DNA of 64,000 nucleotides from a virus: the IMG/VR virus record IMGVR_UViG_3300032093_000017; one strand, written 5' to 3'. Shown here piece after piece: positions 19,772 through 29,869 of this stretch. Every line of letters begins with the position of its first letter. Positions within the stretch are counted from its first letter, which is position 1. The notes beneath the pieces are model-generated. The model did not search any database, was not told the DNA's origin, and was given only the letters and a program-made list of their open reading frames with translations. Both the position numbers and the translations under genes were made by a program.

Positions 19772-21319
19772 ATGAATAAGCAGGACTTGGATGCTTTAGC
19801 AAACTTGTATGGGGAAGTTTATTATCCTCAGGATGTAGAGCAACTTGATGAAATTTCTGTTAATTTTGGAGGACAAGCAGCAGTTGATAAAGTTAGATCG
19901 CAAATGGCAGCACAAAGAAATATTAATGCAACAAATCAAAGAGCACAGTTGGGAGTAGTAAAAACAAATAAAGGATATATTGCAAAACCTGGAGAAACTT
20001 CATATGACCCAGAAAAGGGTGCTGAAGCAATAAGACTTGCGAATAGATTGAATAGAGAAACTGGTTTGGGTAAACCTCAGGCACCAAGACCAGCAGGTTC
20101 TCCTCCACAAAGACCAGCAGCAGGTTCAGGTTCAACACCTCCATCAAGACCAGCAGCATCTTCAACGGTGCTTGCAAAACAAAAAGGAGTTGAAGGGAAA
20201 TTAGATAAAGCAACTGGTAAGTTTACTGCTGGTGCTTTTAGTGGTGCAGAGAAGTCCCGTTATGCAAGTGTTGCCGCACAAAATGCAGCAAGGAATTCTG
20301 CATCATCGGCACCAAAACCTCCAACACCAGCAGTTGGAAAGTTGGGAAATACTTCATTTGAAAGAAGAACTCCAACATCTGCTGAATTAAGAGCAGCACA
20401 ATCAGCAAGAGCAAGTGGTGCGTCTCCAGAAAAAGCACTTCAAGCAGCACAAAAAACCAATCTTCCAACTCAAGGTCCTACTCCTGCAATCCCTGATTTG
20501 AAAAGTATAAATGCAGATTTAGCAAAAGCAAACTCTCCTGCTGTTATAAATAGACCAGCACCAGCAGGTACTGCACTTGCAGCACAACAATCACAACAAA
20601 AAAAACCCCCAACTCCAGGAACAGGAGCAATAAAACCAATGACGCAAAAATCATCTTACGAATGGCCTTCTGCTAAAACAATTAAAGATATTGCAGATGC
20701 TTATTCATCAATTTACGAAGCAAAGAAAAAAGTAGACCAAGATAAAGATGGTGATAATGACTTTGCTGATGTAAGAATTGCAAGAATGGTTGCTTCTGGT
20801 GTTCCCAAAGAAGTAGCAATCGCAAAGGTAAGAAATAAATCATATAATGAAGAAGTTGAGATTGACGAAGCAACTGCAATGGCTAAGAAAGGTTATGATG
20901 AAACTGCAATCCGTAATAAGATTGCAAAATCAACAGGTGGTGGAAAATCTGCTGATAGAGCAACTGCACTTGAAAACAGACCAACTTATGGAGATAGTGC
21001 AAAGCAAAAAGCAAGACAAAATCTTGCCAGAGCACAAAGAGGTGATTTCCGTAAGACAACTTCTTCAAATCCTGGTCTTCACGGATACGCTCACAAGTCT
21101 AATGACCCTGCCGTAAAAGCAAAGCAGGCAGCAAGAGGAGCACAAAGAGGTGCTCTGACCCCTAGAGAGAAAAAGCAACTCAATAGAGAGGCATATGAAG
21201 CATATGAATTTGTAGTATCACATCTTCTTGAAAATAACTTTGCATCAACAGTTGAGGATGCAAATATAATTATCAACAATATGAGTGAAGTTTGGTTCAA
21301 TCATATTATGGAAGGTTGA
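19772..21319 (+). CDS. Modular late protein, A/P/K-rich, with EF-hand-like loop and conserved C-terminal module
   Basis: ATAAATA upstream; DQDKDGDNDFAD; YEFVVSHLLENNFAS...NMSEVW. Confidence 0.7.
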   Translation: MNKQDLDALANLYGEVYYPQDVEQLDEISVNFGGQAAVDKVRSQMAAQRNINATNQRAQLGVVKTNKGYIAKPGETSYDPEKGAEAIRLANRLNRETGLGKPQAPRPAGSPPQRPAAGSGSTPPSRPAASSTVLAKQKGVEGKLDKATGKFTAGAFSGAEKSRYASVAAQNAARNSASSAPKPPTPAVGKLGNTSFERRTPTSAELRAAQSARASGASPEKALQAAQKTNLPTQGPTPAIPDLKSINADLAKANSPAVINRPAPAGTALAAQQSQQKKPPTPGTGAIKPMTQKSSYEWPSAKTIKDIADAYSSIYEAKKKVDQDKDGDNDFADVRIARMVASGVPKEVAIAKVRNKSYNEEVEIDEATAMAKKGYDETAIRNKIAKSTGGGKSADRATALENRPTYGDSAKQKARQNLARAQRGDFRKTTSSNPGLHGYAHKSNDPAVKAKQAARGAQRGALTPREKKQLNREAYEAYEFVVSHLLENNFASTVEDANIIINNMSEVWFNHIMEG

Positions 21320-21438
21320 TATAATATTACAATTCATTAAGGCACCTTGACAGGTGCTTTTTTTATGACTATAATCACTCTGTTAGGGTTGAAGATAAGT
21401 TATACCTATAAATAACTTGAATATTATTAGGAACCCGA

Positions 21439-21876
21439 ATGAGTTATGAAAACCCTTGGAGATATCAAGGAAGGATATTTGAATCAGAAGATATTCAAGA
21501 TTATTTTGGGTTTGTTTATTTAATTGAATGTTCTCAAACTAACAGAAAATATTTGGGTAGAAAATACTTTTGGTCTTTTAGAACTCCCAAAGGAAAGAAA
21601 AGAAAAGTAAAACAAGAATCAGATTGGAAAAATTATTATGGTTCTTGTCCTGAGTTAAAAGAAGATATAAAAAAAATAGGAAAGGATAAGTTTCAAAGAA
21701 CTATTTTATCACTTCATAAAACTGTTGGTAAAACCAACTATGAAGAAACAAGGCAATTGTTCTTAAACAATGTCTTAACTGAGTCTCTTGACAATGGGTT
21801 TCCTGCGTATTATAATTCGAATATACTTTCGAGATATTTTAGGAAGGATTACTTCAATGAAGATTCACGCCAATAA
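21439..21876 (+). CDS. GIY-YIG-family endonuclease (conserved in T4-like phages)
   Basis: GFVYLI...KYLGRK; YYNSNI; TATAAATA at 21407-21414. Confidence 0.75.
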   Translation: MSYENPWRYQGRIFESEDIQDYFGFVYLIECSQTNRKYLGRKYFWSFRTPKGKKRKVKQESDWKNYYGSCPELKEDIKKIGKDKFQRTILSLHKTVGKTNYEETRQLFLNNVLTESLDNGFPAYYNSNILSRYFRKDYFNEDSRQ

Positions 21877-22054
21877 AATGTGTAATGATGTGATTGATAA
21901 TCATATTAATCGTATGCATTTTTTGTGTGATGAAAAAAGAATTAGAGATGCTGAAAGTGTCTATAGTGAAATTCGTGATTGGGTAATTCAAAAAGAAAAT
22001 CTTGAAGTGTTATCTTTAGAATATATCAGTGATTATTTTGTAGATTTTGAGTAA
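21857..22054 (+). CDS. Hypothetical protein (65 aa)
   Basis: Internal ATG of ORF 21788..22054. Confidence 0.55.
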   Translation: MKIHANKMCNDVIDNHINRMHFLCDEKRIRDAESVYSEIRDWVIQKENLEVLSLEYISDYFVDFE

Positions 22055-22147
22055 AATCTAAATAATCTGATATAATGAAAAAATCCTTAAGGATTCCTAT
22101 TATGAGTAGGTTTTTATAAAATGAGTTTTTGACTGTGAAAATTAGAG

Positions 22148-22196
22148 CCGTGGAAGGTGCCTCCCGAGAGGGTTGGTGTACCCCCCTTCTATACGG
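22148..22196 (+). ncRNA. Structured GC-rich 5' leader, unassigned
   Basis: ccgtggaagg/ccttctatacgg outer stem; ccc-GAGA-ggg inner hairpin. Confidence 0.5.
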
Positions 22197-22218
22197 ATGT
22201 AGAGTTCAATTAATTTAA

Positions 22219-22866
22219 ATGCAAAACATCTTTACTGTAGCCCTGCCTCTTCTGGCATCGGTTACAACCAGTACGGCATCACTGCCATTCGTCAACTACA
22301 AGATGAAAAGTCCTCCTCCCCCGTTGGAAGAGACAATTAAATTGAATCTTGTAGATGAAAAGAAGACAGCAATCCGAGAGGTTGCTCCCGAAAAACCAAA
22401 AGAGAAAAGGCTAATTTGTAAAGGGTGTTCAGAACATGAACAACTTGCTGTGGATTATTTCCAAGAGCAAGGAATTAAAGACAGAAACGCCCTTGCTACT
22501 ATCCTGGGCAATATTAAGCAAGAATCTATGTTCGTGCCTAATATTTGTGAAGGTGGTAGTAGGACTCAGTACCATCACTGCGGTCGTGGTTATGGTCTGA
22601 TCCAATGGACATCTGCCGATCGTTATTATGGATTGGGTGATTTTGCTAAGAGATTTGGTGGAAATCCATCATCTCTTCAAACGCAACTTGGTTATCTAAC
22701 GACTGAGGTTCAGTGGAAACGAATTGCTGATAGGATGAAAACTCCTGGAAAATCTATCAATCGTTACATGGACTATGCGTATAGTTGGATTGGTTGGGGC
22801 ATTCATGGTGCTCGCACATCATATGCTCATGAATATGCTAACCGACTGATCACGGTAGAAGTTTGA
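22219..22866 (+). CDS. Phage tail lysozyme-like muramidase with N-terminal signal/anchor
   Basis: ILGNIKQES, GYGLIQWT, QLGYL. Confidence 0.8.
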   Translation: MQNIFTVALPLLASVTTSTASLPFVNYKMKSPPPPLEETIKLNLVDEKKTAIREVAPEKPKEKRLICKGCSEHEQLAVDYFQEQGIKDRNALATILGNIKQESMFVPNICEGGSRTQYHHCGRGYGLIQWTSADRYYGLGDFAKRFGGNPSSLQTQLGYLTTEVQWKRIADRMKTPGKSINRYMDYAYSWIGWGIHGARTSYAHEYANRLITVEV

Positions 22867-22922
22867 CACAATAGAATAATATGGGGGGTCAATATAAATC
22901 CCCCCTCTTAAACAAATTTTAA

Positions 22923-22979
22923 TTGACATAATACAAAAGTTGATTTATGATGTTGGTCATCTTAAGATTTGCTTAAGAC
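22923..22979 (+). promoter_or_regulatory. Sigma70-like promoter (ttgaca-N17-tatgat) plus an 11-bp-period CTTAAGA direct repeat
   Basis: -35 at 22923, -10 at 22946; repeats at 22961 and 22972. Confidence 0.5.
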
Positions 22980-23048
22980 GAATAAATAACGAAGATTTGC
23001 TTTGTTGTAAATCTTCACAATGTCGTTTAGTACACAAAAAACATTTTT

Positions 23049-24548
23049 ATGAAAATCAAACAACTGATGTTTGCACCTGTTGCTCTTGGTATGGTTGCTC
23101 CTGCTTTTGCGAATGCCGCAGATCTTAATATGGCAGCAGTCAATCAATATTCCAGTTCAGAACAAGTCTCAAGTATCACTCAATTGTCTGATGTAAAGCC
23201 TACTGATTGGGCATATCAGGCACTCAGCAATCTTGTCGAACGTTACGGTTGCGTTGCTGGTTATGAAAACGGAACTTACCTTGGTGGTAAGGCAATGACC
23301 CGGTTTGAGGCAGCAGCACTTCTGAATGCTTGTCTGGATCGTGTAACTGAAGTTACCGATGAACTCAGTCGTCTTTCGAAAGAGTTTGCTGATGAACTAC
23401 TTGTCATTCGTGGTCGTGTTGCCAAACTAGAAACACAGGTTGGTCAACTTCAGGCAACTCAGTTTTCTACTACTACCAAACTCAAAGGTGAAGCAACCTT
23501 TGTTCTTGGTGGTGTAGAAGGTGCTCGTCTTGCTAATGGAACCAATGTTGGAAATACTGCATTCAACTATGATGTTCGTCTAAACTTTGACACTTCCTTC
23601 ACTGGTAAGGATTTGCTGAAGACTCGTCTGCGTTCTGGCAACTTCTCTTCACAACCTTTTGGTTCTTCTTCTTCTCTGTTCAAACTGGACAAGGCAGAAA
23701 GTCTTGCAAATGCAGTGCAACTTGACCGTCTTTACTACAGTTTCCCCGCACTTGCTAAAGGTGTGACTCTGACTGCCGGTGCTCTGGTTCGTAACACTGA
23801 GATGGCATGGACTCCTAGTGCTTACAAGTCTGATATTCTGGACTTCTTTGCTGTTGCTGGTGCTCCTGGTGTCTATAACAAGGCAACTGGTTCTGGTTTT
23901 GGTATTCAGTATGCTCAACCTGGTAAGAAGGGTGGTATTGTTGCTGGTCTGAACTATGTTGCTCAGAATGGTAATGATAGTTCCAAGGGTCAATTTGATG
24001 AGACTGGTGCTCTGAACACTCTTGCTCAGATTGGTTATCGTGCTCCTCAGTATGGTATTGCATTTGGTTATCGTTATGGAACCGAAGGCACTCGTGTTCG
24101 TACCTTCAATGCTATTAACGGTGGTTCTGGTGCTCTTGCTTCTGGTCAATCTTCCAACAGCTATGCTATCAATGCTTACTGGCAACCTAAGAAGTCTGGT
24201 ATTGTACCTTCAATCTCAGGTGCTTATGGTTGGAATGATGTTAGCCTGAATTCTCTTGGTAAGACAACTCCTACTGGTGCTACCAACTCCCAGACCTGGT
24301 TTGCTGGTCTTCAGTGGAGTGATGTGTTTGCTAAGGGAAATGCTGCTGGTTTTGCCATCGGTGCTCCTGGTAATGCTGCTTCACTTACTGATAGTCAGAA
24401 GGCTCTGATGTGGGAAGCTTTCTATCGTTACAAAGTCAGCGATAACATTAGCATCACTCCTGCTGTGTTTTATGTTTCCAACAATCAAGGACTCAAGAAT
24501 GCTTCAGATAACTATGGTGGTGTGATTCAGACGACTTTTAGGTTTTGA
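23049..24548 (+). CDS. Cyanobacterial outer-membrane porin (SLH + OprB-type barrel, Som-like)
   Basis: Signal peptide; DVKPTDWAYQALSNLVERYGC; TRFEAAALLNACL; FSTTTKLKGE; terminal TTFRF. Confidence 0.93.
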   Translation: MKIKQLMFAPVALGMVAPAFANAADLNMAAVNQYSSSEQVSSITQLSDVKPTDWAYQALSNLVERYGCVAGYENGTYLGGKAMTRFEAAALLNACLDRVTEVTDELSRLSKEFADELLVIRGRVAKLETQVGQLQATQFSTTTKLKGEATFVLGGVEGARLANGTNVGNTAFNYDVRLNFDTSFTGKDLLKTRLRSGNFSSQPFGSSSSLFKLDKAESLANAVQLDRLYYSFPALAKGVTLTAGALVRNTEMAWTPSAYKSDILDFFAVAGAPGVYNKATGSGFGIQYAQPGKKGGIVAGLNYVAQNGNDSSKGQFDETGALNTLAQIGYRAPQYGIAFGYRYGTEGTRVRTFNAINGGSGALASGQSSNSYAINAYWQPKKSGIVPSISGAYGWNDVSLNSLGKTTPTGATNSQTWFAGLQWSDVFAKGNAAGFAIGAPGNAASLTDSQKALMWEAFYRYKVSDNISITPAVFYVSNNQGLKNASDNYGGVIQTTFRF

Positions 24549-24570
24549 TAAGTACTCATAAGATGATTGG

Positions 24571-24599
24571 AACCACCCCTTTCTGGGGTGGTTTTTTTT
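24571..24599 (+). terminator. Rho-independent terminator
   Basis: aaccacccc/ggggtggtt followed by a T run. Confidence 0.85.
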
Positions 24600-24650
24600 A
24601 ACTAGTATAAATAAGTAAAATATTTTGAAATTTATTTATAGGATTGGAAT

Positions 24651-24908
24651 ATGGAAAATATAAAAATTAGATGTCGTTCTTGTGGAAAAGAATTGGAGGG
24701 GCATCCAATAAAAACTATAACTTGTGGTTGTCCAAATATGGCAACTATTCGTGGTGGAGTCATTACAGCATTAGATTTATCTAATATAGTAATGCTGAAT
24801 TTTTTTCACACCAAAGAAAAAAATAATGTATTGACAAATGAAGACATTGCTTGGCAAGAAGCACGTCGTCAAAGGAAAGTAGGACGATTGGATTTTGAAG
24901 TTCGTTGA
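24651..24908 (+). CDS. Zn-ribbon hypothetical protein
   Basis: CRSC...CGC; TATAAATA at 24606. Confidence 0.75.
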   Translation: MENIKIRCRSCGKELEGHPIKTITCGCPNMATIRGGVITALDLSNIVMLNFFHTKEKNNVLTNEDIAWQEARRQRKVGRLDFEVR

Positions 24909-25022
24909 TATAAGTTTTGTAAAGTACTTTACATTTTTTTAATGTCTGTTTGGTAATCAACACAAACTTGACAACCATAATGTGCTGATTATTATAACTA
25001 ATAATATTCAACTTAAAACCCT

Positions 25023-25172
25023 ATGGATCAGCACACCTATGATAATTGGGTGAAGATTAAGGCAACTTTTGAATCTTCTGGCAATACTGACAATATGTTC
25101 TACAAGAGGGCAGTTGAAATTGTAAAGACCAGAAGAGACCCTCTGGCAAAGTTTCTTGGTGATGAAAAATGA
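25023..25172 (+). CDS. Small hypothetical protein (MDQHTYDNWVKIK...)
   Basis: Read by eye; follows a ttgaca promoter-like element. Confidence 0.6.
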   Translation: MDQHTYDNWVKIKATFESSGNTDNMFYKRAVEIVKTRRDPLAKFLGDEK

Positions 25173-25372
25173 TGTATGAGCAAGAAGAGTTTATTACACG
25201 CACAGAAGTTCAGGAGATGATCGATGCTTCTATACGAAGACACAACCGTAATGCTTCTATCATTAGTATGTGCGTCGGTTGGGTGGTTCTTGCTCTATTT
25301 GCTGAGGGACTTTTAAGGTTGATTGGTGTTATTCCACCATTACTTCCATTTCTTAAAATTACTCTAAACTAA
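25169..25372 (+). CDS. Small membrane protein
   Basis: RRHNRNASIIS followed by a TM helix. Confidence 0.65.
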   Translation: MMYEQEEFITRTEVQEMIDASIRRHNRNASIISMCVGWVVLALFAEGLLRLIGVIPPLLPFLKITLN

Positions 25373-25615
25373 TCTTTTTATATGGAAAAAGAAAATATGA
25401 GTAGCACAATATTTTCAGCAATGATTATTTTTGGTATAATCGGACTATTCATTGTTTGGGCACTCAATCACGCATATCCACAATGATTTTTCATATTGTA
25501 GAAGCACTTGCAGATAGTCCAATATGGTTAGGACTTTGTGGAGCAGGTTTGACTATTGCTCCGATTATTGGTATAATGATAATTCACAGATCACCTAAAA
25601 AGTAATATTTTTTTC

Positions 25616-26617
25616 ATGAAAATAGCATTAATCACTGGCATTACTGGGCAGGATGGTTCTTATCTTGCTGAATTACTTTTAGGAAAAGGATATGAAGTTC
25701 ATGGTATTATTAGGAGGTCTTCTCTTATTAATACTTATAGAATTGATCATATTTACAATCACATTAAATTGCATTATGGAGACCTCACAGACTCAACAAA
25801 TCTTGTAAGGGTGATTCAGCAAGTTCAACCAGATGAGATTTATAATCTAGGTGCTCAGAGTCATGTGAAGGTTTCTTTTGAGATGCCTGAATATACAGGA
25901 CAAACAGATGCATTGGGGACTCTTCGTATTCTTGAAGCAGTTCGTTTGCTTGGGATGGAGGATAAAGTTCGTATCTATCAAGCATCTACATCTGAGATGT
26001 TTGGATTGGTTCAAGAAATACCACAAAAAGAAACAACACCATTCTATCCTCGTTCTCCCTATGGGTGTGCTAAAGTTTATGGGTATTGGATTACTAAAAA
26101 TTATCGTGAAGCATATGGAATGTATGCTTGCACGGGGATTCTTTTTAATCATGAATCTCCTCGCAGGGGTGAGACATTTGTTACAAGAAAAGTTGTAAGA
26201 GCATTATCTAAAATTTCTGTCGGACTTCAAGATTGTTTATATCTTGGTAATTTAAATGCTAAAAGAGATTGGGGACATGCAAAAGATTTTGTGGAAGCAA
26301 TGTGGTTAATGCTTCAGCAAGATAACCCTGATGATTATGTAATTGCAACAGGGAAACAATATTCAGTTAAAGAATTTGTAAATGCTGCCGGTCCTTATTT
26401 TGGTCTTCATATTGAATGGAAAGGTGAGGGGTTGGATGAAGTTGGAGTTGAAAAGTTTAGTGGAAAACCAATCATTCGTGTTGATTCTAAATATTTTAGA
26501 CCGACTGAAGTAGAGACTTTATTGGGTGATGCTACAAAAGCAAAGGAAAAATTAGGTTGGGAACCTCAAATTTCATTTGAGCAATTAGTTGAGGATATGT
26601 GTATTCATGGACAATAA
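25616..26617 (+). CDS. gmd: GDP-mannose 4,6-dehydratase
   Basis: [30 protein letters not shown]. Confidence 0.96.
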   Translation: MKIALITGITGQDGSYLAELLLGKGYEVHGIIRRSSLINTYRIDHIYNHIKLHYGDLTDSTNLVRVIQQVQPDEIYNLGAQSHVKVSFEMPEYTGQTDALGTLRILEAVRLLGMEDKVRIYQASTSEMFGLVQEIPQKETTPFYPRSPYGCAKVYGYWITKNYREAYGMYACTGILFNHESPRRGETFVTRKVVRALSKISVGLQDCLYLGNLNAKRDWGHAKDFVEAMWLMLQQDNPDDYVIATGKQYSVKEFVNAAGPYFGLHIEWKGEGLDEVGVEKFSGKPIIRVDSKYFRPTEVETLLGDATKAKEKLGWEPQISFEQLVEDMCIHGQ

Positions 26618-27569
26618 TTCTAAAATATTGGTTGCTGGTGCCAACGGAATGGTTGGATCGGCAATTGTTAGAAATCTTGAAAGTAAAGGTTATACTAACA
26701 TCATCAAAGGAACTCGTGATGATGTAGATTTCACGAATCAAGATGAAACCGAAAGGTATTTTTGCTCAGAAGAACCTGAATACGTGTTTGTTGCTGCTGC
26801 TAAAGTTGGCGGTATTATGGCAAACAACAACTATAAGGCAGACTTTCTGACTGAGAATATCCAAATACAAACTAATCTTATTCAGCAGTCTTATAACTTT
26901 GGTGTAAAGAAACTGTTGTTTCTTGGTTCATCTTGCATTTATCCTAAGTTTGCAACTCAACCAATTGCAGAAGACCAATTGATGACTGGTCCTCTGGAAC
27001 CGACGAATGATTCCTATTCAATTGCCAAGATTGCTGGTATTATGATGTGTCAAGCATACCGTCAACAGCACGGTTTTAATGCTATCTCTCTGATGCCTAC
27101 CAATCTTTATGGACCTAATGACAATTTCAATCTGGAAACTTCACACGTTCTTCCTGCAATGATTGCTAAGTTTCATAAGGCAAAGGAAGATGGGTATGTA
27201 ATTGATTATGGTGGTCCTTGGTATGGACCATCCGTAAAACTCTGGGGTGATGGTTCTGCAATGAGAGAGTTTCTGCACGTTGATGATTTAGCAGAGGCAT
27301 GTTATGTCTGTATGCAGAGTTATGATGAATTAGAGCATATTAATGTTGGTACTGGTGAAGATGTTAGAATATGGGAACTTGCAAATATTATTTCGGATGT
27401 AGTTGGTTTTCCTGGAGAGATTTCTTGGGACTTCACTAAACCAAATGGAACTCCACGTAAAGTTCTTAATGTGGATAAGATTAAATCACTTGGATGGAAA
27501 CCTAAGATTGGTCTTCGTGATGGTATTGAAAAAACTTACGAATGGTATAAAAATTATGCACAATCATAA
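26607..27569 (+). CDS. fcl: GDP-L-fucose synthase
   Basis: [32 protein letters not shown]. Confidence 0.95.
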   Translation: MDNNSKILVAGANGMVGSAIVRNLESKGYTNIIKGTRDDVDFTNQDETERYFCSEEPEYVFVAAAKVGGIMANNNYKADFLTENIQIQTNLIQQSYNFGVKKLLFLGSSCIYPKFATQPIAEDQLMTGPLEPTNDSYSIAKIAGIMMCQAYRQQHGFNAISLMPTNLYGPNDNFNLETSHVLPAMIAKFHKAKEDGYVIDYGGPWYGPSVKLWGDGSAMREFLHVDDLAEACYVCMQSYDELEHINVGTGEDVRIWELANIISDVVGFPGEISWDFTKPNGTPRKVLNVDKIKSLGWKPKIGLRDGIEKTYEWYKNYAQS

Positions 27570-28356
27570 TTTTCCAACGATTTATTGTGCGAGTCTAAAA
27601 GAAAGCAAAGATCGTCAAGAAAATATAAAAAGACAATTTTTAGAAAATAATATTCAATCATTTCAATTTCTTTTATCAGATAGATTTGAAAATACAAATG
27701 ATATAATTGAAGGTTCTAAAGTATTTTATATTGATGATGGAACAAAGGGAGCAATAACTTCACATCTTAGAATGATAAATTATTGGTATAATAATACTAA
27801 TGAACCTTATGGTTTCTTTTGTGAAGATGATCTGAGTTTAGAAACTATTCAATATTGGAATTTTACTTGGGAAGAATTTATTGAAAATCTACCAAAAGAT
27901 TGGGATTCGATTCAATTAATGTGTGCAAGTGAAAATTCTGATGATATTAGATTGAGAAGAAGAACTTGGGATGATTTTTCTGTTGGTGCTTATATTGTCA
28001 CAAGAAAGTTTGCAAAAGTTTTAATTGATTCTTTCATAAAAGAAGATAAATTTCTTTTGGAATTTCCAAATAATAATGATTGGGTTCCTTTAGCAGAGCA
28101 TTTAATTTATTACTCACCAAAAAGTGTTGTAGATAGTCAAAACTTGCAATATAATGTTTATGTTCTTCCTTTATTCGTAGAAGAAATAAAATTTACTACT
28201 ACTTTTTTTGAAAGAAAATCAAAATATTGGGGAGAAGATACTGGACTATATAAAGAAACACATAAAGGTCATCATATTGATTCTTATCATAAAGTTTTAA
28301 ATTGGTGGAAAAATGTGGGAAAAAATTTATCTTTGAATGAAATATTAAATAAATGA
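27556..28356 (+). CDS. Glycosyltransferase, GT25-like
   Basis: SHL, CEDD, LPKDWD. Confidence 0.65.
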   Translation: MHNHNFPTIYCASLKESKDRQENIKRQFLENNIQSFQFLLSDRFENTNDIIEGSKVFYIDDGTKGAITSHLRMINYWYNNTNEPYGFFCEDDLSLETIQYWNFTWEEFIENLPKDWDSIQLMCASENSDDIRLRRRTWDDFSVGAYIVTRKFAKVLIDSFIKEDKFLLEFPNNNDWVPLAEHLIYYSPKSVVDSQNLQYNVYVLPLFVEEIKFTTTFFERKSKYWGEDTGLYKETHKGHHIDSYHKVLNWWKNVGKNLSLNEILNK

Positions 28357-29018
28357 AATTTTTAACATTCTTGAATAGTGGATGCATAAACATTTGCAAA
28401 AATATGTTAATTTCTGCAGAAAGAGTAGGAATTGATGTAAATGATTTTTATATTGCTTGTTTAGATAGTAATGCATATGAAAATCTAAATGAATATAAAA
28501 ATGCTTTTCTTTATGTTGATCAACCAGTAGTTGAATATCAAAATTGGACTTTTGATGAAAATAGTGGGTTTAGAAATATTGTAAAAAATAAATGGAGCAT
28601 TATTCAAAAAATTTATCAAGAACATAAAAATTTATGTTGGGTTGATACTGATATTGTATTTGTTGAAAATCCAATTGAATATATTTCAGGACACGAGGAA
28701 GTTCTTTTTCAGGGGGATTCTCCTGGGTCTACTTTGTGTTCTGGATTTATGGTTTTCAATGAAAGTAAAGAATGTAAACAGATGATAAACGATTGTGCTT
28801 CTTCTGAGGGGCAGGACGATCAATTAATTATTAATGATGTAGCAATTAATAAATATCCAGAAAATATTGCTATCCTAAATCGTGACTTGTTTCCAAATGG
28901 GTATGCATATTATACTGAAGGAAAAAAAGAAAATGCACTCATAGTTCATAATAATTGGATGGTTGGTGTAGATACTAAAATTGAAAAGTTTAAGGAGGAA
29001 AATTTATGGTACTTATGA
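28353..29018 (+). CDS. Nucleotide-diphospho-sugar transferase (GT77-like)
   Basis: VDTDIVF, CSGF, DDQ, FPNG, HNNW. Confidence 0.7.
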   Translation: MKFLTFLNSGCINICKNMLISAERVGIDVNDFYIACLDSNAYENLNEYKNAFLYVDQPVVEYQNWTFDENSGFRNIVKNKWSIIQKIYQEHKNLCWVDTDIVFVENPIEYISGHEEVLFQGDSPGSTLCSGFMVFNESKECKQMINDCASSEGQDDQLIINDVAINKYPENIAILNRDLFPNGYAYYTEGKKENALIVHNNWMVGVDTKIEKFKEENLWYL

Positions 29019-29869
29019 AAAATGATGCATTAAGACCTGCATCAATATCTCCCACATATCCTCCTTATCATACTGGAGAATATCTTGAAGAATATTTCTT
29101 TAAGAGGTGGAACAAAGAAAATATTCAATCAAATAGAGAATATATTGATGTCTTCTGGACGAATAATTTTTGCAATTCAATGTTTGCAGGTCAACAGTAT
29201 GAAAATATTCAAGAAGAGTTAGATGATGCATTAGATTCGGATGGAAAATATTTTACAGTATCTCAATTTGACGATGGGCCTTTTGAAAAATTTCCAAAAG
29301 ATACTTTAATTTTTTCTGCTGGTGGGAATCGTGAAGGAGATAATATTATCCCAATTCCTTTGATTTGTAGTCCAATTCCAAAAGAATGGATTCCAAATAA
29401 AGAAAAAACCATTTTTGCTTCTTTTGTTGGTTCTAGAAATACGCATCCCATTCGTATGGATATGTGTAATCATTTATCAGGAAAGGATGGGTATAAAATT
29501 TCTGCTGGAAATTGGTCTACTGAAGTCCCTATAGACAACTTTAAACGGTTTCTAGACATAACCTGCTCTAGTAAATTTGGACTTGCTCCAAGGGGATATG
29601 GAAAGAGTAGTTTCAGATTATATGAAATTCTTCAATTGGGTACTGTTCCTGTTTACATTTCTAACGAACACTATATTCCTTGGATGGATGAATTAGATTG
29701 GAATGATTTTTGTGTTCCTGTAAATGAAGATGAAATTGAAGACATTGATACTATATTAAAATCAATAGATGATGTAGAGTACAATAGACTTCTTGAGAAT
29801 GGTAGAAAGGTTTATCAGGAGCATTTTTCTCTTGAAGGGGTATTTAAAAATATTATAAAAAGATTATGA
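29006..29869 (+). CDS. Exostosin-family glycosyltransferase (GT47-like)
   Basis: SKFGLAPRGYGKSSFRLYE...VPVYIS. Confidence 0.75.
   Translation: MVLMKNDALRPASISPTYPPYHTGEYLEEYFFKRWNKENIQSNREYIDVFWTNNFCNSMFAGQQYENIQEELDDALDSDGKYFTVSQFDDGPFEKFPKDTLIFSAGGNREGDNIIPIPLICSPIPKEWIPNKEKTIFASFVGSRNTHPIRMDMCNHLSGKDGYKISAGNWSTEVPIDNFKRFLDITCSSKFGLAPRGYGKSSFRLYEILQLGTVPVYISNEHYIPWMDELDWNDFCVPVNEDEIEDIDTILKSIDDVEYNRLLENGRKVYQEHFSLEGVFKNIIKRL

Noticed and set aside
25560-26610. wcaG or manA RNA motifs near the sugar genes
   Set aside because: Intergenic space is minimal and I could not identify the motifs
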